Positions 36,853 to 46,731 of a stretch of DNA of 64,000 bases are shown in pieces. Source of the stretch: Fimbriimonadales bacterium (GTDB lineage: Bacteria; Armatimonadota; Fimbriimonadia; Fimbriimonadales; ATM1); the NCBI GenBank assembly GCA_051003155.1, contig JBPCLO010000011.1, positions 32,001 through 96,000 of the forward strand. The letters are read 5' to 3'. Both the position numbers and the translations under genes were made by a program. Under the pieces are notes generated by a model. That model made no database searches. It was not told the DNA's origin and saw nothing but the letters and a program-made list of their open reading frames with translations. Each line of letters starts with the position of its first letter. Within the stretch, counting starts at the first letter, position 1.

Positions 36853-37976
36853 TGCTCACTAATTGTTCCATGAGAAACCTCGAATACCTTTGCACCCGAG
36901 CGGACCTCGGGCAATATTTGGTGGATATCGGTGGCGGTGATGACCACCTGGCCGAGGTTGCCCGATACCGACATGACGAGGTTGCGACGCCTCTCGTCGA
37001 GGTCACTCATGATGTCGTCGAGCAGGACGATCGGCACTATTCGCATCCTGTCCCGCCAATAGAGCGCCACCGAGAGCTTAATGGCGAGCACGGCCGTACG
37101 CTGTTGGCCTTGGCTTCCGAAGGCTCTGGACGAAGAGCCATCGATGCCTATGTAGAAGTCGTCGCGGTGCGGGCCGACCGTCGTAAACCCGGCGACTATA
37201 TCCTGGCGCCTACTTTTAGCGAGTTCATTCAAATGACCCTCCTCGGTGGACGCTTCGTCCGCGGGCTTGTACGTGAGCGCCAGTTCTTCGACTGAATCCG
37301 TGAGCTCGCGATGCTTCTCGGCAGCCAAAGCCGCGATTTCCACCATGTAATCGATTCTCGACGCACGCAACACGGCACCCCTTGTCGCGAGTTGGACGTC
37401 CCAAGGATCGAGCGCAGCTGCCAGCAGTTCGCCCTCGCGAATTTTTTTCAATGAGGCATTGCGCTGCTCTAAAGCCCGCTTGTATCCAGAGAACGCCTTC
37501 AGGTAAGCCGGACTGACAAGGCTAATCTCGCCGTCTAGAAACTTCCTTCGATCTGATGGCTCCCCTGAAACGATATCGAGATCGGACGACGAGAACATTA
37601 CGGCGGGCATGCGCCCGATGATGTCATGCACCGTCGGAAGCTTCTGCCCGAAGACCGCCGCCCATCTGCGACCCTCGCGCACGTAGGTCAGCTTAAGTTC
37701 TGTATCCTCCTCGCCAGCGGTAATCCCGATTTCTGCCTCGCTGGCATGATGATGGATAACGTCGGCGTCCTTGGCGCCTCGAAAAGAGCGAGTCGTGGCG
37801 AGAGCATAGATGGCTTCGAGCATGTTCGACTTGCCTTGACCGTTTGAGCCGACGAGGATGTTGTGGCCGGGAGCCAAATCGATCGATGACTCGGCGTAGT
37901 TCCGAAAGTGCCGCACCCAGAGTCGCCCGCCGTAGGATCGGCCCGTCGACTCACAGGAGTTCTCTTCTCCAATCAC
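36849..37976 (-). CDS. recF: DNA replication and repair protein RecF (start uncertain)
   Basis: FRNY, GSNGQGKSNMLEA, TRSFRG, PSDRRKFLD, VGPHRDD, GSQGQQRT, LLDDIMSDLD. Confidence 0.95.
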   Translation of the reverse strand: MIGEENSCESTGRSYGGRLWVRHFRNYAESSIDLAPGHNILVGSNGQGKSNMLEAIYALATTRSFRGAKDADVIHHHASEAEIGITAGEEDTELKLTYVREGRRWAAVFGQKLPTVHDIIGRMPAVMFSSSDLDIVSGEPSDRRKFLDGEISLVSPAYLKAFSGYKRALEQRNASLKKIREGELLAAALDPWDVQLATRGAVLRASRIDYMVEIAALAAEKHRELTDSVEELALTYKPADEASTEEGHLNELAKSRRQDIVAGFTTVGPHRDDFYIGIDGSSSRAFGSQGQQRTAVLAIKLSVALYWRDRMRIVPIVLLDDIMSDLDERRRNLVMSVSGNLGQVVITATDIHQILPEVRSGAKVFEVSHGTISEQ

Positions 37977-37981
37977 ACTCA

Positions 37982-38200
37982 ATTCTAATGCTTATTGTTA
38001 TTGTTAAGCGGAGGCACGATGTGGAAAGCGACCTCTACTAACCTTCAAAGTCGGTGTGGGTAAGGGGCAAGTATCGTTGGGACATACCGCCACGGCAATC
38101 CACAAGCGGGGTGTACGCCGACTCGTCCCCAGAAATTCCCCAACGGTTTTTCCATTTTGGGGACATTAAGACGGCCCACCGACCACTATGGTGGATAACG
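37982..38200 (-). other. Candidate chromosomal replication origin (oriC)
   Basis: DnaA-box-like sites CTTTCCACA (38020-28), TTACCCACA (38055-63), CAATCCACA (38096-104), TTATCCACC (38190-98); GC-rich spacer then eight NAN trios at 37982-38005. Confidence 0.7.
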
Positions 38201-38487
38201 GCAGGGAGGCGACAGCCGATAACAAAAACTTAATCTCGCGAATCGTCCGATCGCGGATTACCCTGTGGCGGGTTGGACCAATCTTGTGTAGTGGAGATGC
38301 AAGAAGTAACCGATCTAGCGACCTTGCGCCACCCAGTTTTGGCGTGGCCGAGTCTGCGCCCTCGGCGTTTGCTAACGGGTGTGGACGCACTAATGATGCG
38401 GTTCATCGATTGTCGAAAATGAAAGTAAACAGCCAAAACTGAGCGTTCGAAAGATGTATTCATTCGAAAATCAATCCTCATGTGAGC

Positions 38488-38516
38488 TTGACTGGGGTTG
38501 CAGTCGCTCCCATAAT
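38488..38516 (+). promoter_or_regulatory. Sigma70-type promoter of the dnaA-like gene
   Basis: TTGACT-17 nt-CATAAT. Confidence 0.55.
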
Positions 38517-38583
38517 ATCGAGACACCGGAACTGCGGTATAGAAGTGCGCTTCTTGGCCGGTGGATCAATAGTGTAGGGAGGC

Positions 38584-39594
38584 TTGCGTATGGTCGCAAA
38601 TGGACAGTTCGGTTGTATGGACGGAGGTTCGATGGTTTTAACCGGCGCCCGAGTGGTTCGCGCCGGGGGAGATAAGATCGATGCCTTCGCGTCGTTGCCA
38701 AGTAACTTGGCGGCGGTTCGGTCACTGGCGGGATTTGCCGAGGGGAGGCGTCGCTTTGTGGCCATCCAGGGGGCATCAGGATGGGGCAAGAGCCACCTTC
38801 TTCGCGCCGCACGCGATATGGCGGCTGCGAGGTTTCACGCTGATGTTCAGTTCGATTCGGCAGAGCATTGGCTGAATACGGGATCGGCGGCGGATCGAGC
38901 CAAGGCCAGATTATTGATACTCGATGACGTCGATTCAGCTCTTTCGAGACCCAGGTCGCGTCAAATGCTCCAGCTCGAACTCGAGCGGCGGATCAGAACC
39001 AATAGACCCACGCTCTGCGCTTTGGATATTCAGCGTCGCTCGCTTCGCTCGCTTCCGCTATCGAGCCTGTGGCATTTCGCGCCGATCGCCCCTCCAACGC
39101 CTCCCGAACGGCGTGCAATCGTGCAGCAGATGTGCAAAAACGAGAGGTTGCCCCTTGGTGATGCGTTGCAGCAGCTGGTGGCGACCTTGGTTAAGGGAGA
39201 CGGTCACTCGCTGTTGGGCGCCCTCTTGCGGATCAAGGCCGTTGTTCCGGAATGGCAGGATGTCATTTCCGTGCACCCGCTTCGGGTCGCGGGTATCTTG
39301 CACCCGTACCTGGCTGACAGCGCCCACTTCGACCTTCGTGAAATAGTTGTGGACTCGGTTACTCGGACGGCAGGGAAGGACGCAGCCCGTCTGATAGCCG
39401 TTTCCGTCTATATACTCAGCGAGTCGGCCAACTTGTGTGAAGAGTCGATTGCTACCTATTTCGGCATGAGGCCCGGCGATGTGTACCGGCTGCGGCGAGG
39501 GGTCTCTGCGCGGCTCGCGGGCGAAGACAGCGCGTTGCACGCGCACCTCGAACGGTCCCTTGGCGCGGTAAGTTGCTGCCTCAACCAAGTTTAA
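38584..39594 (+). CDS. Divergent DnaA/Hda-like AAA+ protein lacking domains I-II
   Basis: SNLAA, Walker A GASGWGKSHLL, Walker B LLILDDV, PTPPERRAIV, degenerate domain IV VSVYILSE...IATYFG. Confidence 0.75.
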   Translation: MRMVANGQFGCMDGGSMVLTGARVVRAGGDKIDAFASLPSNLAAVRSLAGFAEGRRRFVAIQGASGWGKSHLLRAARDMAAARFHADVQFDSAEHWLNTGSAADRAKARLLILDDVDSALSRPRSRQMLQLELERRIRTNRPTLCALDIQRRSLRSLPLSSLWHFAPIAPPTPPERRAIVQQMCKNERLPLGDALQQLVATLVKGDGHSLLGALLRIKAVVPEWQDVISVHPLRVAGILHPYLADSAHFDLREIVVDSVTRTAGKDAARLIAVSVYILSESANLCEESIATYFGMRPGDVYRLRRGVSARLAGEDSALHAHLERSLGAVSCCLNQV

Positions 39595-39639
39595 GCGTCG
39601 AGAGCGGCCGCCGATCTGATCCTGAAAACCGCGGGCATC

Positions 39640-39960
39640 GACGTCGGGCAAACGGCCCAGGAAAGCATCGATCAACCGCCGACACGGGCACATTGTTGGG
39701 GTCCGCGTATTGTTGGAGGCTGTCCAGGCGATGGCTTTGATTGTCGAGCCTCAGACCAGCCAGCCTTTGCCGCTACGGCGGTGACGAGTTTGCCGTCGCA
39801 ACGATGGTTAGGGCGGATGAGTTGGCATCGTCGATCTCCTTGACCACGGTGTTTGGAGTGGATGGCCGCGTGACTGCTTGTTGCGGCGTGTCTGATACAT
39901 CCGAGTCGCCGGATGAGATGATCGAGTCGGCGAGCAGGCGCTGCCTGATCAAGAAGGGAT
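39640..39960 (+). pseudogene. Decayed GGDEF diguanylate cyclase fragment
   Basis: INRRHGHIVG.RVL in one frame, then a frameshift, then CRYGGDEFAV...VTACCGVS. Confidence 0.65.
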
Positions 39961-40023
39961 ATCCTCCAGCAAGTCGAATCTTGACGCAATGCATTGAGGC
40001 TTGGTATGCGTCCAATCAGATAG

Positions 40024-41676
40024 GTGGAATCTCCAGATCAATCTCGCTCGATCAAGCTACTTAAAGAGCTGATCGAAATGGTTCCTGAGGACAACCAGCG
40101 CCTTCGGAACTACTTGGCTGCGTTAGAACAGTCATTGGTGAACGACAGTCGCGAAGCCGAGCGCGCCAAGCAGGCGATTGCCGAATACGAGCAGGCTTAC
40201 GAAAAGCTCACCTCACCTGCGAATCGCACGGGAGTTTATTTGAACCCGATGGAAGAAGGCATCGCGCTAATAGCTGTCGGCGACAGCGAATTCGTAGTTT
40301 CGATCGACCCCAAGTTGGATAGCGCCGAGTTGATTACGGGAGCGCGCGTAAAGGTGAACGATTCGTATGCAGTCGTTGGCGTGATGCCGGCTCATCCTGG
40401 CGGCCAGGTGATGAAGGTGTCCGAATTGCTGGGTGACGACAGGCTTCGCGTGAGCCAGGATTCGCAGGGGGCTGTGGGCCGAATCATCCACCGGGGCGCG
40501 GCGATTGCCGAAGCGACGATCAAGGTCGGCGATGAAGTTCGCATCGAGCCGAACTTCAAGGTCGCACTAGAGCACTTTCCGCAGCATGAGACGCAGGAAT
40601 ATTTCTACGAAGATGTTCCCGAAATTCACTGGGACCAAATCGGAGGCCAGGAAAAGGCGATCGATCTCATCCGGGATACGATCGAGCAACCCTTGCTTTA
40701 TCCTGAAATTTATGAGAAGTTCGGCAAGAAACCCATCAAGGGAATTCTGCTCTACGGCCCCCCGGGTTGCGGAAAAACGCTGATCGGAAAAGCCACTGCT
40801 CATAACCTTGCAAAAGAATACAGCAAACGGTTGGGCAAAGAAGTTCGCGAATACTTTATGTCGGTAAGCGGCCCGAAAATCCTCAATATGTGGCTCGGTG
40901 AAACCGAGCGCATGGTGCGCGAAATTTTCCAGATAGCTCGCGACAAAGCGAAAGAAGGGCGGCTGGTGTTTATTTTCTTCGACGAGGCGGATAGCGTTTT
41001 GCGAACTCGCTCAAGTGGTAAGTGGTTAAATATCAGCAACACAGTCGTTCCGCAATTTTGTGCGGAACTCGACGGCTTGGTAACGCTCGAAAATGTCGTA
41101 GTCATGCTTACGAGTAACCGTCCGGACTATATCGACCCCGCTGTTTTGCGACCCGAGCGGATCGACCGAAAAGTTAAGATTAATCGGCCGGATCAAAATG
41201 CCACACGCGATATTTTCGGAATCTATTTGCACGACAGGTTGCCCTTTGATCCGGAAGCGATGGCTGCGGAAGGCAACGACTTGGAAGCGCTGCGCTCGTG
41301 CATGGTCGACACGATCACGACACACTTATGGAGAAAGAACCGCGAGACGGAGTTCCTCCGTCTTCAACTACGAAACGGCGGGACTGAGACTTTATATTGG
41401 AAGGATCTTGTAAGCGGAGCATTGATCAAGTCGGTGGTCGACAGGGCAAAGGACATTGCGATCAAGCGGGCGATAGCCGAGGCGAGCGCCGGGCACGGCA
41501 TCCGCATGGACGACCTCCGGGACGCTTTGAAAGCCGAGTACGGCGAGAACGAGATCTTCCCGAAAACCGACTCGCAAGAGGACTGGCTGAGACTTCTCGA
41601 CCATGACGAGGAGAGCGTCGTTTCCGTGAAACCTATTCGGCCGGAGTCGGACACGCATCGAGAGCGGGTCATTTAG
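40024..41676 (+). CDS. arc: Proteasome-associated AAA ATPase (ARC/Mpa family)
   Basis: N-terminal coiled coil + KLTSPAN, OB-like region, GPPGCGKT, FFDEAD, SNRPDYIDPAVLRPERIDRKVKI, SGALIKSVVDRAK, EYGENEIFP. Confidence 0.88.
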   Translation: MESPDQSRSIKLLKELIEMVPEDNQRLRNYLAALEQSLVNDSREAERAKQAIAEYEQAYEKLTSPANRTGVYLNPMEEGIALIAVGDSEFVVSIDPKLDSAELITGARVKVNDSYAVVGVMPAHPGGQVMKVSELLGDDRLRVSQDSQGAVGRIIHRGAAIAEATIKVGDEVRIEPNFKVALEHFPQHETQEYFYEDVPEIHWDQIGGQEKAIDLIRDTIEQPLLYPEIYEKFGKKPIKGILLYGPPGCGKTLIGKATAHNLAKEYSKRLGKEVREYFMSVSGPKILNMWLGETERMVREIFQIARDKAKEGRLVFIFFDEADSVLRTRSSGKWLNISNTVVPQFCAELDGLVTLENVVVMLTSNRPDYIDPAVLRPERIDRKVKINRPDQNATRDIFGIYLHDRLPFDPEAMAAEGNDLEALRSCMVDTITTHLWRKNRETEFLRLQLRNGGTETLYWKDLVSGALIKSVVDRAKDIAIKRAIAEASAGHGIRMDDLRDALKAEYGENEIFPKTDSQEDWLRLLDHDEESVVSVKPIRPESDTHRERVI

Positions 41677-41713
41677 GCGTCCGATCCTCGCTCAAAGGTA
41701 ATCTTGCGGCTCT

Positions 41714-42862
41714 ATGGCGGGAGTGCGGCTGGATCGGGTTACCAAGCAGTTTGGCAAAGTCACGGCGCTCGACAGGTTTTCGCTCGATATCGTGGATGGC
41801 GAGTTCATGGTGTTTGTTGGGCCGAGTGGGTGCGGTAAGACGACGGCGCTCCGCATAATCGCGGGCCTCGAGGAATCGACTTCCGGCTCCGTTACGATCG
41901 GCGACCGGGTTGTCGACGACATACCTGCAAAGGACCGCGACATCGCGATGGTGTTCCAAAGCTACGCGCTGTACCCGCACATGACCGTTTACCAAAACAT
42001 GGCGTTCGGATTGCGGATTCGCTTGTTGAAGTCATGGTGGTGGCAGGTCACGCACGGCGCCGAAGCAAACCGGCGGAAGCAAGAGATCGACCGGCGGGTT
42101 AAGGAGGCGGCTGAGCTCTTGGGAATCGAGAACCTGCTCCAGCGACGCCCGCGGGAACTGAGCGGCGGACAAAGGCAGCGGGTCGCGCTAGGGCGCGCGA
42201 TCGTGCGCGAACCAAAGGTGTTTCTTATGGACGAGCCGCTCAGCAACCTCGACGCGAAGCTGAGGGTCCAGACCAGAGCTGAGCTGATTCGGCTGCACCG
42301 GAGGCTCGGGATTACCACGATTTATGTAACCCACGACCAAACAGAGGCGATGACGATGGGCGATCGGATTGCTGTTCTGAAAGACGGCCTGCTCCAGCAG
42401 GTTGCCACTCCTGATGAGCTCTACCGACGGCCGGATAACTCATTCGTCGCCTCCTTCATAGGCTCACCCGCGATGAACTTGATCGAAACCGCGGTGGACG
42501 GCGGCATGGCCAAGCTCGGTGACACTGTGTTTCCGGTTCCACCCGGCGCCGCGTCAAGCAAGATCATGCTGGGGATCCGGCCGGAGGAATTTCGCCCTGA
42601 CGGCCCCGGGGTCGAATTGCGGCCGGTCGTGGACGTCGTCGAGCCTCTCGGAGCGACGAAGACAGTAGTGCTGAATCTGAATGGCCAAAACTTGGTCGCG
42701 TCGCTCGACGCAGATGTGGAACTGGTCGAAGGCGAGCCTCTCAGCCTTTGGGTCAAGCCCCCAAACGTGCACTTCTTCGATGCTGAATCGGGCCAGGTCA
42801 TTCGGTACACTGCCGAGGATGCAGTGGCCGTTTCGAAGGAAGAAAACTCCGGCACAGCTTAG
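41714..42862 (+). CDS. Sugar/G3P ABC transporter ATP-binding protein (MalK/UgpC family)
   Basis: GPSGCGKTT, VFQSYALYPHM, LSGGQRQR, MDEPLSNLDAKLR, TOBE tail. Confidence 0.93.
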   Translation: MAGVRLDRVTKQFGKVTALDRFSLDIVDGEFMVFVGPSGCGKTTALRIIAGLEESTSGSVTIGDRVVDDIPAKDRDIAMVFQSYALYPHMTVYQNMAFGLRIRLLKSWWWQVTHGAEANRRKQEIDRRVKEAAELLGIENLLQRRPRELSGGQRQRVALGRAIVREPKVFLMDEPLSNLDAKLRVQTRAELIRLHRRLGITTIYVTHDQTEAMTMGDRIAVLKDGLLQQVATPDELYRRPDNSFVASFIGSPAMNLIETAVDGGMAKLGDTVFPVPPGAASSKIMLGIRPEEFRPDGPGVELRPVVDVVEPLGATKTVVLNLNGQNLVASLDADVELVEGEPLSLWVKPPNVHFFDAESGQVIRYTAEDAVAVSKEENSGTA

Positions 42863-43712
42863 CCTTAGCAAGAACTTCTATTTATCAGTTCTTTCGGCCG
42901 CTGAAACACTGCCGCCGCTGCTGCAAGTCATCAACCCGGACGGGAGCAACAACGCGATTAAGGGGTTCGGCGCGCCTCTCACTGAGGGTACTGACAGAGA
43001 TATACTGAACCGGCCCATCGGTCCCGGCAGCTACGTGTTAACGACAATCGACAAGCTCACAGTCATCCAAATGGATGTCTTTCCACGCAGCGAAGTGCCG
43101 CAGTTCCAAATCCCGCAGGATCCGGTGGCTCTTGCTGCCACGAATTTGACGGGCGAAGCTTTGAGGCGAGCCCAAGACGCGAACATGCTGACCAACTTCC
43201 TCTTCAAGGGGTACGACCCAGGATTGTACGTATCGGTACAGTTTATGCTCGAGTTCGTGAAGCGGTTCGCCGAGTCGAGCGAGGCCGTCGTCGCGGATCC
43301 TCTTGCGGAGACCTACCGCCTACCCGATCAGATGAAGGCTTCGCCGCCAATGGACGTTAGAATCGACTTTCGCGACGTAGGATCGGTCATGCTCGTGCGC
43401 CTGCCCGATGGCATTTGGATAAGCACGCGCGGGTTGTCGAAGTTCGACGTCCCAGAAATCGAGATGTACGGCATTCCGGACGAGCTACGCGAGCCGGCTG
43501 CCGAAATGGTCGTAGTTGCCGCGCAGCAGGTGCTTGTGGGGGTGCCCATGAAGGAAAGTGAGACGGCGTTTTCAGTGCAGTCGCCTTTGGAGGTCGTTAG
43601 GGGCACGAGGCAGCTTTCCGATTGGGGAGGCCGATCGGCCCTCGAACTACGAGATAGAGGCGGTGACGGCGCCGCTAGGGGTGTCGATGCCTGGCTGCGC
43701 CGGCCGAAGTAA
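42819..43712 (+). CDS. Hypothetical protein (weak DUF4261-like C-terminus)
   Basis: Long ORF with protein-like composition; ISTRGLSKFDVPEIEM motif. Confidence 0.65.
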   Translation: MQWPFRRKKTPAQLSLSKNFYLSVLSAAETLPPLLQVINPDGSNNAIKGFGAPLTEGTDRDILNRPIGPGSYVLTTIDKLTVIQMDVFPRSEVPQFQIPQDPVALAATNLTGEALRRAQDANMLTNFLFKGYDPGLYVSVQFMLEFVKRFAESSEAVVADPLAETYRLPDQMKASPPMDVRIDFRDVGSVMLVRLPDGIWISTRGLSKFDVPEIEMYGIPDELREPAAEMVVVAAQQVLVGVPMKESETAFSVQSPLEVVRGTRQLSDWGGRSALELRDRGGDGAARGVDAWLRRPK

Positions 43713-44832
43713 TCGCGCCGGTGACTTCGGCGACGATCCCCGCGGCCTCGTCGGCCTCGCCAATCGTGTTGCCTCGGCCAAACGTGAAGCGCAATCCTTC
43801 CGAGGCCTCTTGTTCCGAGAGCCCGGTTGCGATCAGTACATGAGACGGTTCGATGCTGCCGCTGCTGCATGCGGCGCCGCTACTCGCTGCTATCCCTGCC
43901 CGGTCTAAATTGATGAGCATCGACTCAGCCGAGATTCCAGGAAATCTCAGATGCGCGTGGCCCGGGAGCACCGCTTGTGGGTCGATGTCGAGCGCGGTGA
44001 AAACCGGTGTGGGCAATTCTGCTTCCGCGAGTGAACTCCGCACTTGGCTGACAAAGCGATCGCGTATCTCAGCCGTCTTGCCGCTATCGAAAGCGATCTT
44101 TGCGGCTTCAGCAAATCCGACGATCGCTGCGACATTCTCCGTTCCCGCGCGCATTCCTCGCTCCTGCCCGCCCCCGATTAGCAGAGGCTTTATCTTGGTT
44201 CCTGCGCGAACATACAAGGCGCCGACGCCTTTCGGCCCGTAGATCTTGTGGCCAGACAGGCTCACCAGGTCGGAATTCAGGTCGTCGACCTTGACGGGAA
44301 GCACACCGAATGTCTGCACAGCGTCGCAGTGGTAGTACGCGCCATTGATACGAACCGCGCGTCCGATCGCTTCAGAGTCGTTGATCGCGCCCGTCTCGTT
44401 GTTGGCGTGCATCACGCTGACGAGGAGAATGTTCTCGGAAACCGATTCGAGCTCCGTCCATCCCCCCGGCATTGCTGGGATGATGTGCACGGCCATGCCG
44501 AGGCGTTCGAGGGTTGCGCGAGTCTCGATCACGCAGTGGTGCTCGGTTGCACCAATCAGAACCTCGTTCCGAGAACTGCGGTTGGCGAGGGCCGTACCGA
44601 TCAGGGCGAGGTTCGCGGCTTCGGTGCCAGACGACGTGAATATGACCTCGCCGGGCAAGCATCCCATCGTATCAGCGATTGTCTCACGCGCTTCGTCAAT
44701 TGCCAGCCGCGCCTTTCGTCCAAATCCGTGCAGGCTGCTGGGATTGCCCGCGTCGAGCCACGGTAGCATCGCCTCGCGCACGCGGGAGTCGAGAGGAGTG
44801 GTCGCAGCGTGGTCAAAGTAAATCGAAGCCAC
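43675..44832 (-). CDS. iscS: Cysteine desulfurase (IscS/NifS family)
   Basis: YFDHAATTP, FTSSGTEA, NNETG, HCDAVQ, SGHKIYGPKG, SSGAACSS. Confidence 0.93.
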   Translation of the reverse strand: MASIYFDHAATTPLDSRVREAMLPWLDAGNPSSLHGFGRKARLAIDEARETIADTMGCLPGEVIFTSSGTEAANLALIGTALANRSSRNEVLIGATEHHCVIETRATLERLGMAVHIIPAMPGGWTELESVSENILLVSVMHANNETGAINDSEAIGRAVRINGAYYHCDAVQTFGVLPVKVDDLNSDLVSLSGHKIYGPKGVGALYVRAGTKIKPLLIGGGQERGMRAGTENVAAIVGFAEAAKIAFDSGKTAEIRDRFVSQVRSSLAEAELPTPVFTALDIDPQAVLPGHAHLRFPGISAESMLINLDRAGIAASSGAACSSGSIEPSHVLIATGLSEQEASEGLRFTFGRGNTIGEADEAAGIVAEVTGAITSAGAARHRHP

Positions 44833-44848
44833 GTGTGGCAGTTGCCTC

Positions 44849-45004
44849 TTAGGCCTCCAATTCGGAATGACACCGCTCGACCGTCTCGGCGAGGTTCGTC
44901 AAGAGGTCTTCCCAAGTCTCTTCTCCGCCCGTCGCACACCCCGGGATCGCGGGCACCTCTGCCAAGTACCTGCCCTCTTCGTGGCCGACGATTTTCAGCT
45001 CCAT
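44849..45004 (-). CDS. Small HicB-like (UPF0150) antitoxin, possibly degenerate
   Basis: Below the ORF-track size. MELKIVGHEEGRYLAEVPAIPGCATGGEETWEDLLTNLAETVERCHSELEA; CATAAT 6 nt upstream of ATG. Confidence 0.7.
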   Translation of the reverse strand: MELKIVGHEEGRYLAEVPAIPGCATGGEETWEDLLTNLAETVERCHSELEA

Positions 45005-45108
45005 GTCGCTATTATGGCCGGCTCGCAGACAACGTCATGCGAATGAGCGGCTTTTGCGTTTCAACGACGGAGGCGTCAGCACACCGCTAAACATTTTCGG
45101 CGCACGTT

Positions 45109-46188
45109 TCAGGGCAGTGTGGGCATGTCGTTATACCGGAGCTCGGTGACTCGTTCGGTAAGGGTCTCGCGGTCGTCGGCGCGCACCGTAATGTGTCCGA
45201 TCTTGCGCCCTGGCCTGGCCGATTTACCGTAAACGTGATAATGCGCGCCTGGAACCGCCCATACGGCCGCCGGATCGGGTTGCTCGCCGATGATGTTGAT
45301 CATCGCCGAGTAGCCTCGGGGTAGGGTCGAGCCGAGAGGCATGTCGGTGATCGCGCGGATGTGGTTCTCGAATTGCGAGGTCTCGGCGCCCTCGATTGTC
45401 CAGTGCCCGCTGTTGTGCACGCGAGGTGCGATTTCGTTCACCAAGAGCTCATCGCCGACCTGGAACAACTCGATGGCGATCACTCCTACGTAGTCGAAAT
45501 GCTGGAGTATCTTTCGAGCGTACGACTCGGCAGTAGCTTGCAGTTCTTGAGTGAGGTTCGTCGCCGGAGCGACCGTCAAGCGCAAGATGCCGTCGCGGTG
45601 ATGATTTTCAACGAGCGGATAGGCGGCAATCGCTCCGTCGACGCCGCGGGCCGCGATGAGGGATAGCTCCCGGTCGAACGGAATTACGCTCTCGAGAATC
45701 ATCGGCTTCTCCCCCGCCAGTTCCGAGGCGGCGGAATGGTCCGCAGGAGAGCGGAGCCATAACTGGCCCTTGCCGTCGTAACCGAACCGGCGCGTCTTGG
45801 CAACGGCGGGGTAGCCCAACTCATGGAGAGCCGTTGCCAACTCACGATGCTCAACGAATCCCCGGAACTTGGGCGTAGGTATGCCAAAGTCGGCAAGCAT
45901 TTCCTTTTCAGCGAGCCGGTCCGATGTTACTTGGAGTGCTGCAACCGATGGACGTATTTCAACCCCGTACTTTTGAAAGAACACCAAATGCGCCGCGATG
46001 TTCTCGAACTCATACGTGATGACATCAAGATCGATTGGGCGAGACCAAGTAAGTGGCTTCACTTGCCCAAGCCCGGCTGCGCACGGCTCACGAGCATCGT
46101 CGAAAAACACGAACTCGTGGCCCATCGGAATGCCCGCGAGGCCCAGCATTCGGCCCAGCTGACCCGCGCCGAGAACCCCGATCTTCAT
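45109..46188 (-). CDS. purK: N5-CAIR synthase
   Basis: [42 protein letters not shown]. Confidence 0.96.
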   Translation of the reverse strand: MKIGVLGAGQLGRMLGLAGIPMGHEFVFFDDAREPCAAGLGQVKPLTWSRPIDLDVITYEFENIAAHLVFFQKYGVEIRPSVAALQVTSDRLAEKEMLADFGIPTPKFRGFVEHRELATALHELGYPAVAKTRRFGYDGKGQLWLRSPADHSAASELAGEKPMILESVIPFDRELSLIAARGVDGAIAAYPLVENHHRDGILRLTVAPATNLTQELQATAESYARKILQHFDYVGVIAIELFQVGDELLVNEIAPRVHNSGHWTIEGAETSQFENHIRAITDMPLGSTLPRGYSAMINIIGEQPDPAAVWAVPGAHYHVYGKSARPGRKIGHITVRADDRETLTERVTELRYNDMPTLP

Positions 46189-46673
46189 CGGGTCGGGTCC
46201 GGATCGTCGAGGACCGTTTGCGTCTGCTTTTCTCGAAATGACTTCAGCCGAACCTTGATCGCGGCGTGCTTATTGGCGAGAATCGAGGCCGCGAGCAACG
46301 CGGCGTTCTTGGCCCCCGACTCGCCGATCGCAAGTGTCGCAACGGGGATTCCTCCGGGCATCTGGACTATGGAAAGGAGCGAGTCGAGGCCTTTGAGCGT
46401 TTTCGACTCCACCGGCACACCCAGGACGGGGAGCGTCGTTTTAGCCGCAGCCATGCCCGGCAAGTGAGCTGCCCCGCCGGCGCCCGCGATGATCACTTCG
46501 ATACCGCGATCCTCCGCGGCAGACGCATACTCGAACAATAGGTCGGGGGTTCGGTGTGCCGAGACCACTTTCACTTCGAAAGGTACGCCGAGTTCTTCGA
46601 GTGTCTTCGCGGCGACCTCCATCGTGGCCCAATCCGACCGAGAGCCCATGATAATGCCAACCAGCGGCTGCAT
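46185..46673 (-). CDS. purE: N5-CAIR mutase
   Basis: [36 protein letters not shown]. Confidence 0.97.
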   Translation of the reverse strand: MQPLVGIIMGSRSDWATMEVAAKTLEELGVPFEVKVVSAHRTPDLLFEYASAAEDRGIEVIIAGAGGAAHLPGMAAAKTTLPVLGVPVESKTLKGLDSLLSIVQMPGGIPVATLAIGESGAKNAALLAASILANKHAAIKVRLKSFREKQTQTVLDDPDPTR

Positions 46674-46731
46674 GCCATCCAGTGTACCGTCGGCTCTTTT
46701 CGACGTCCAAGTTAAGTCGTAAAGATAGGGT

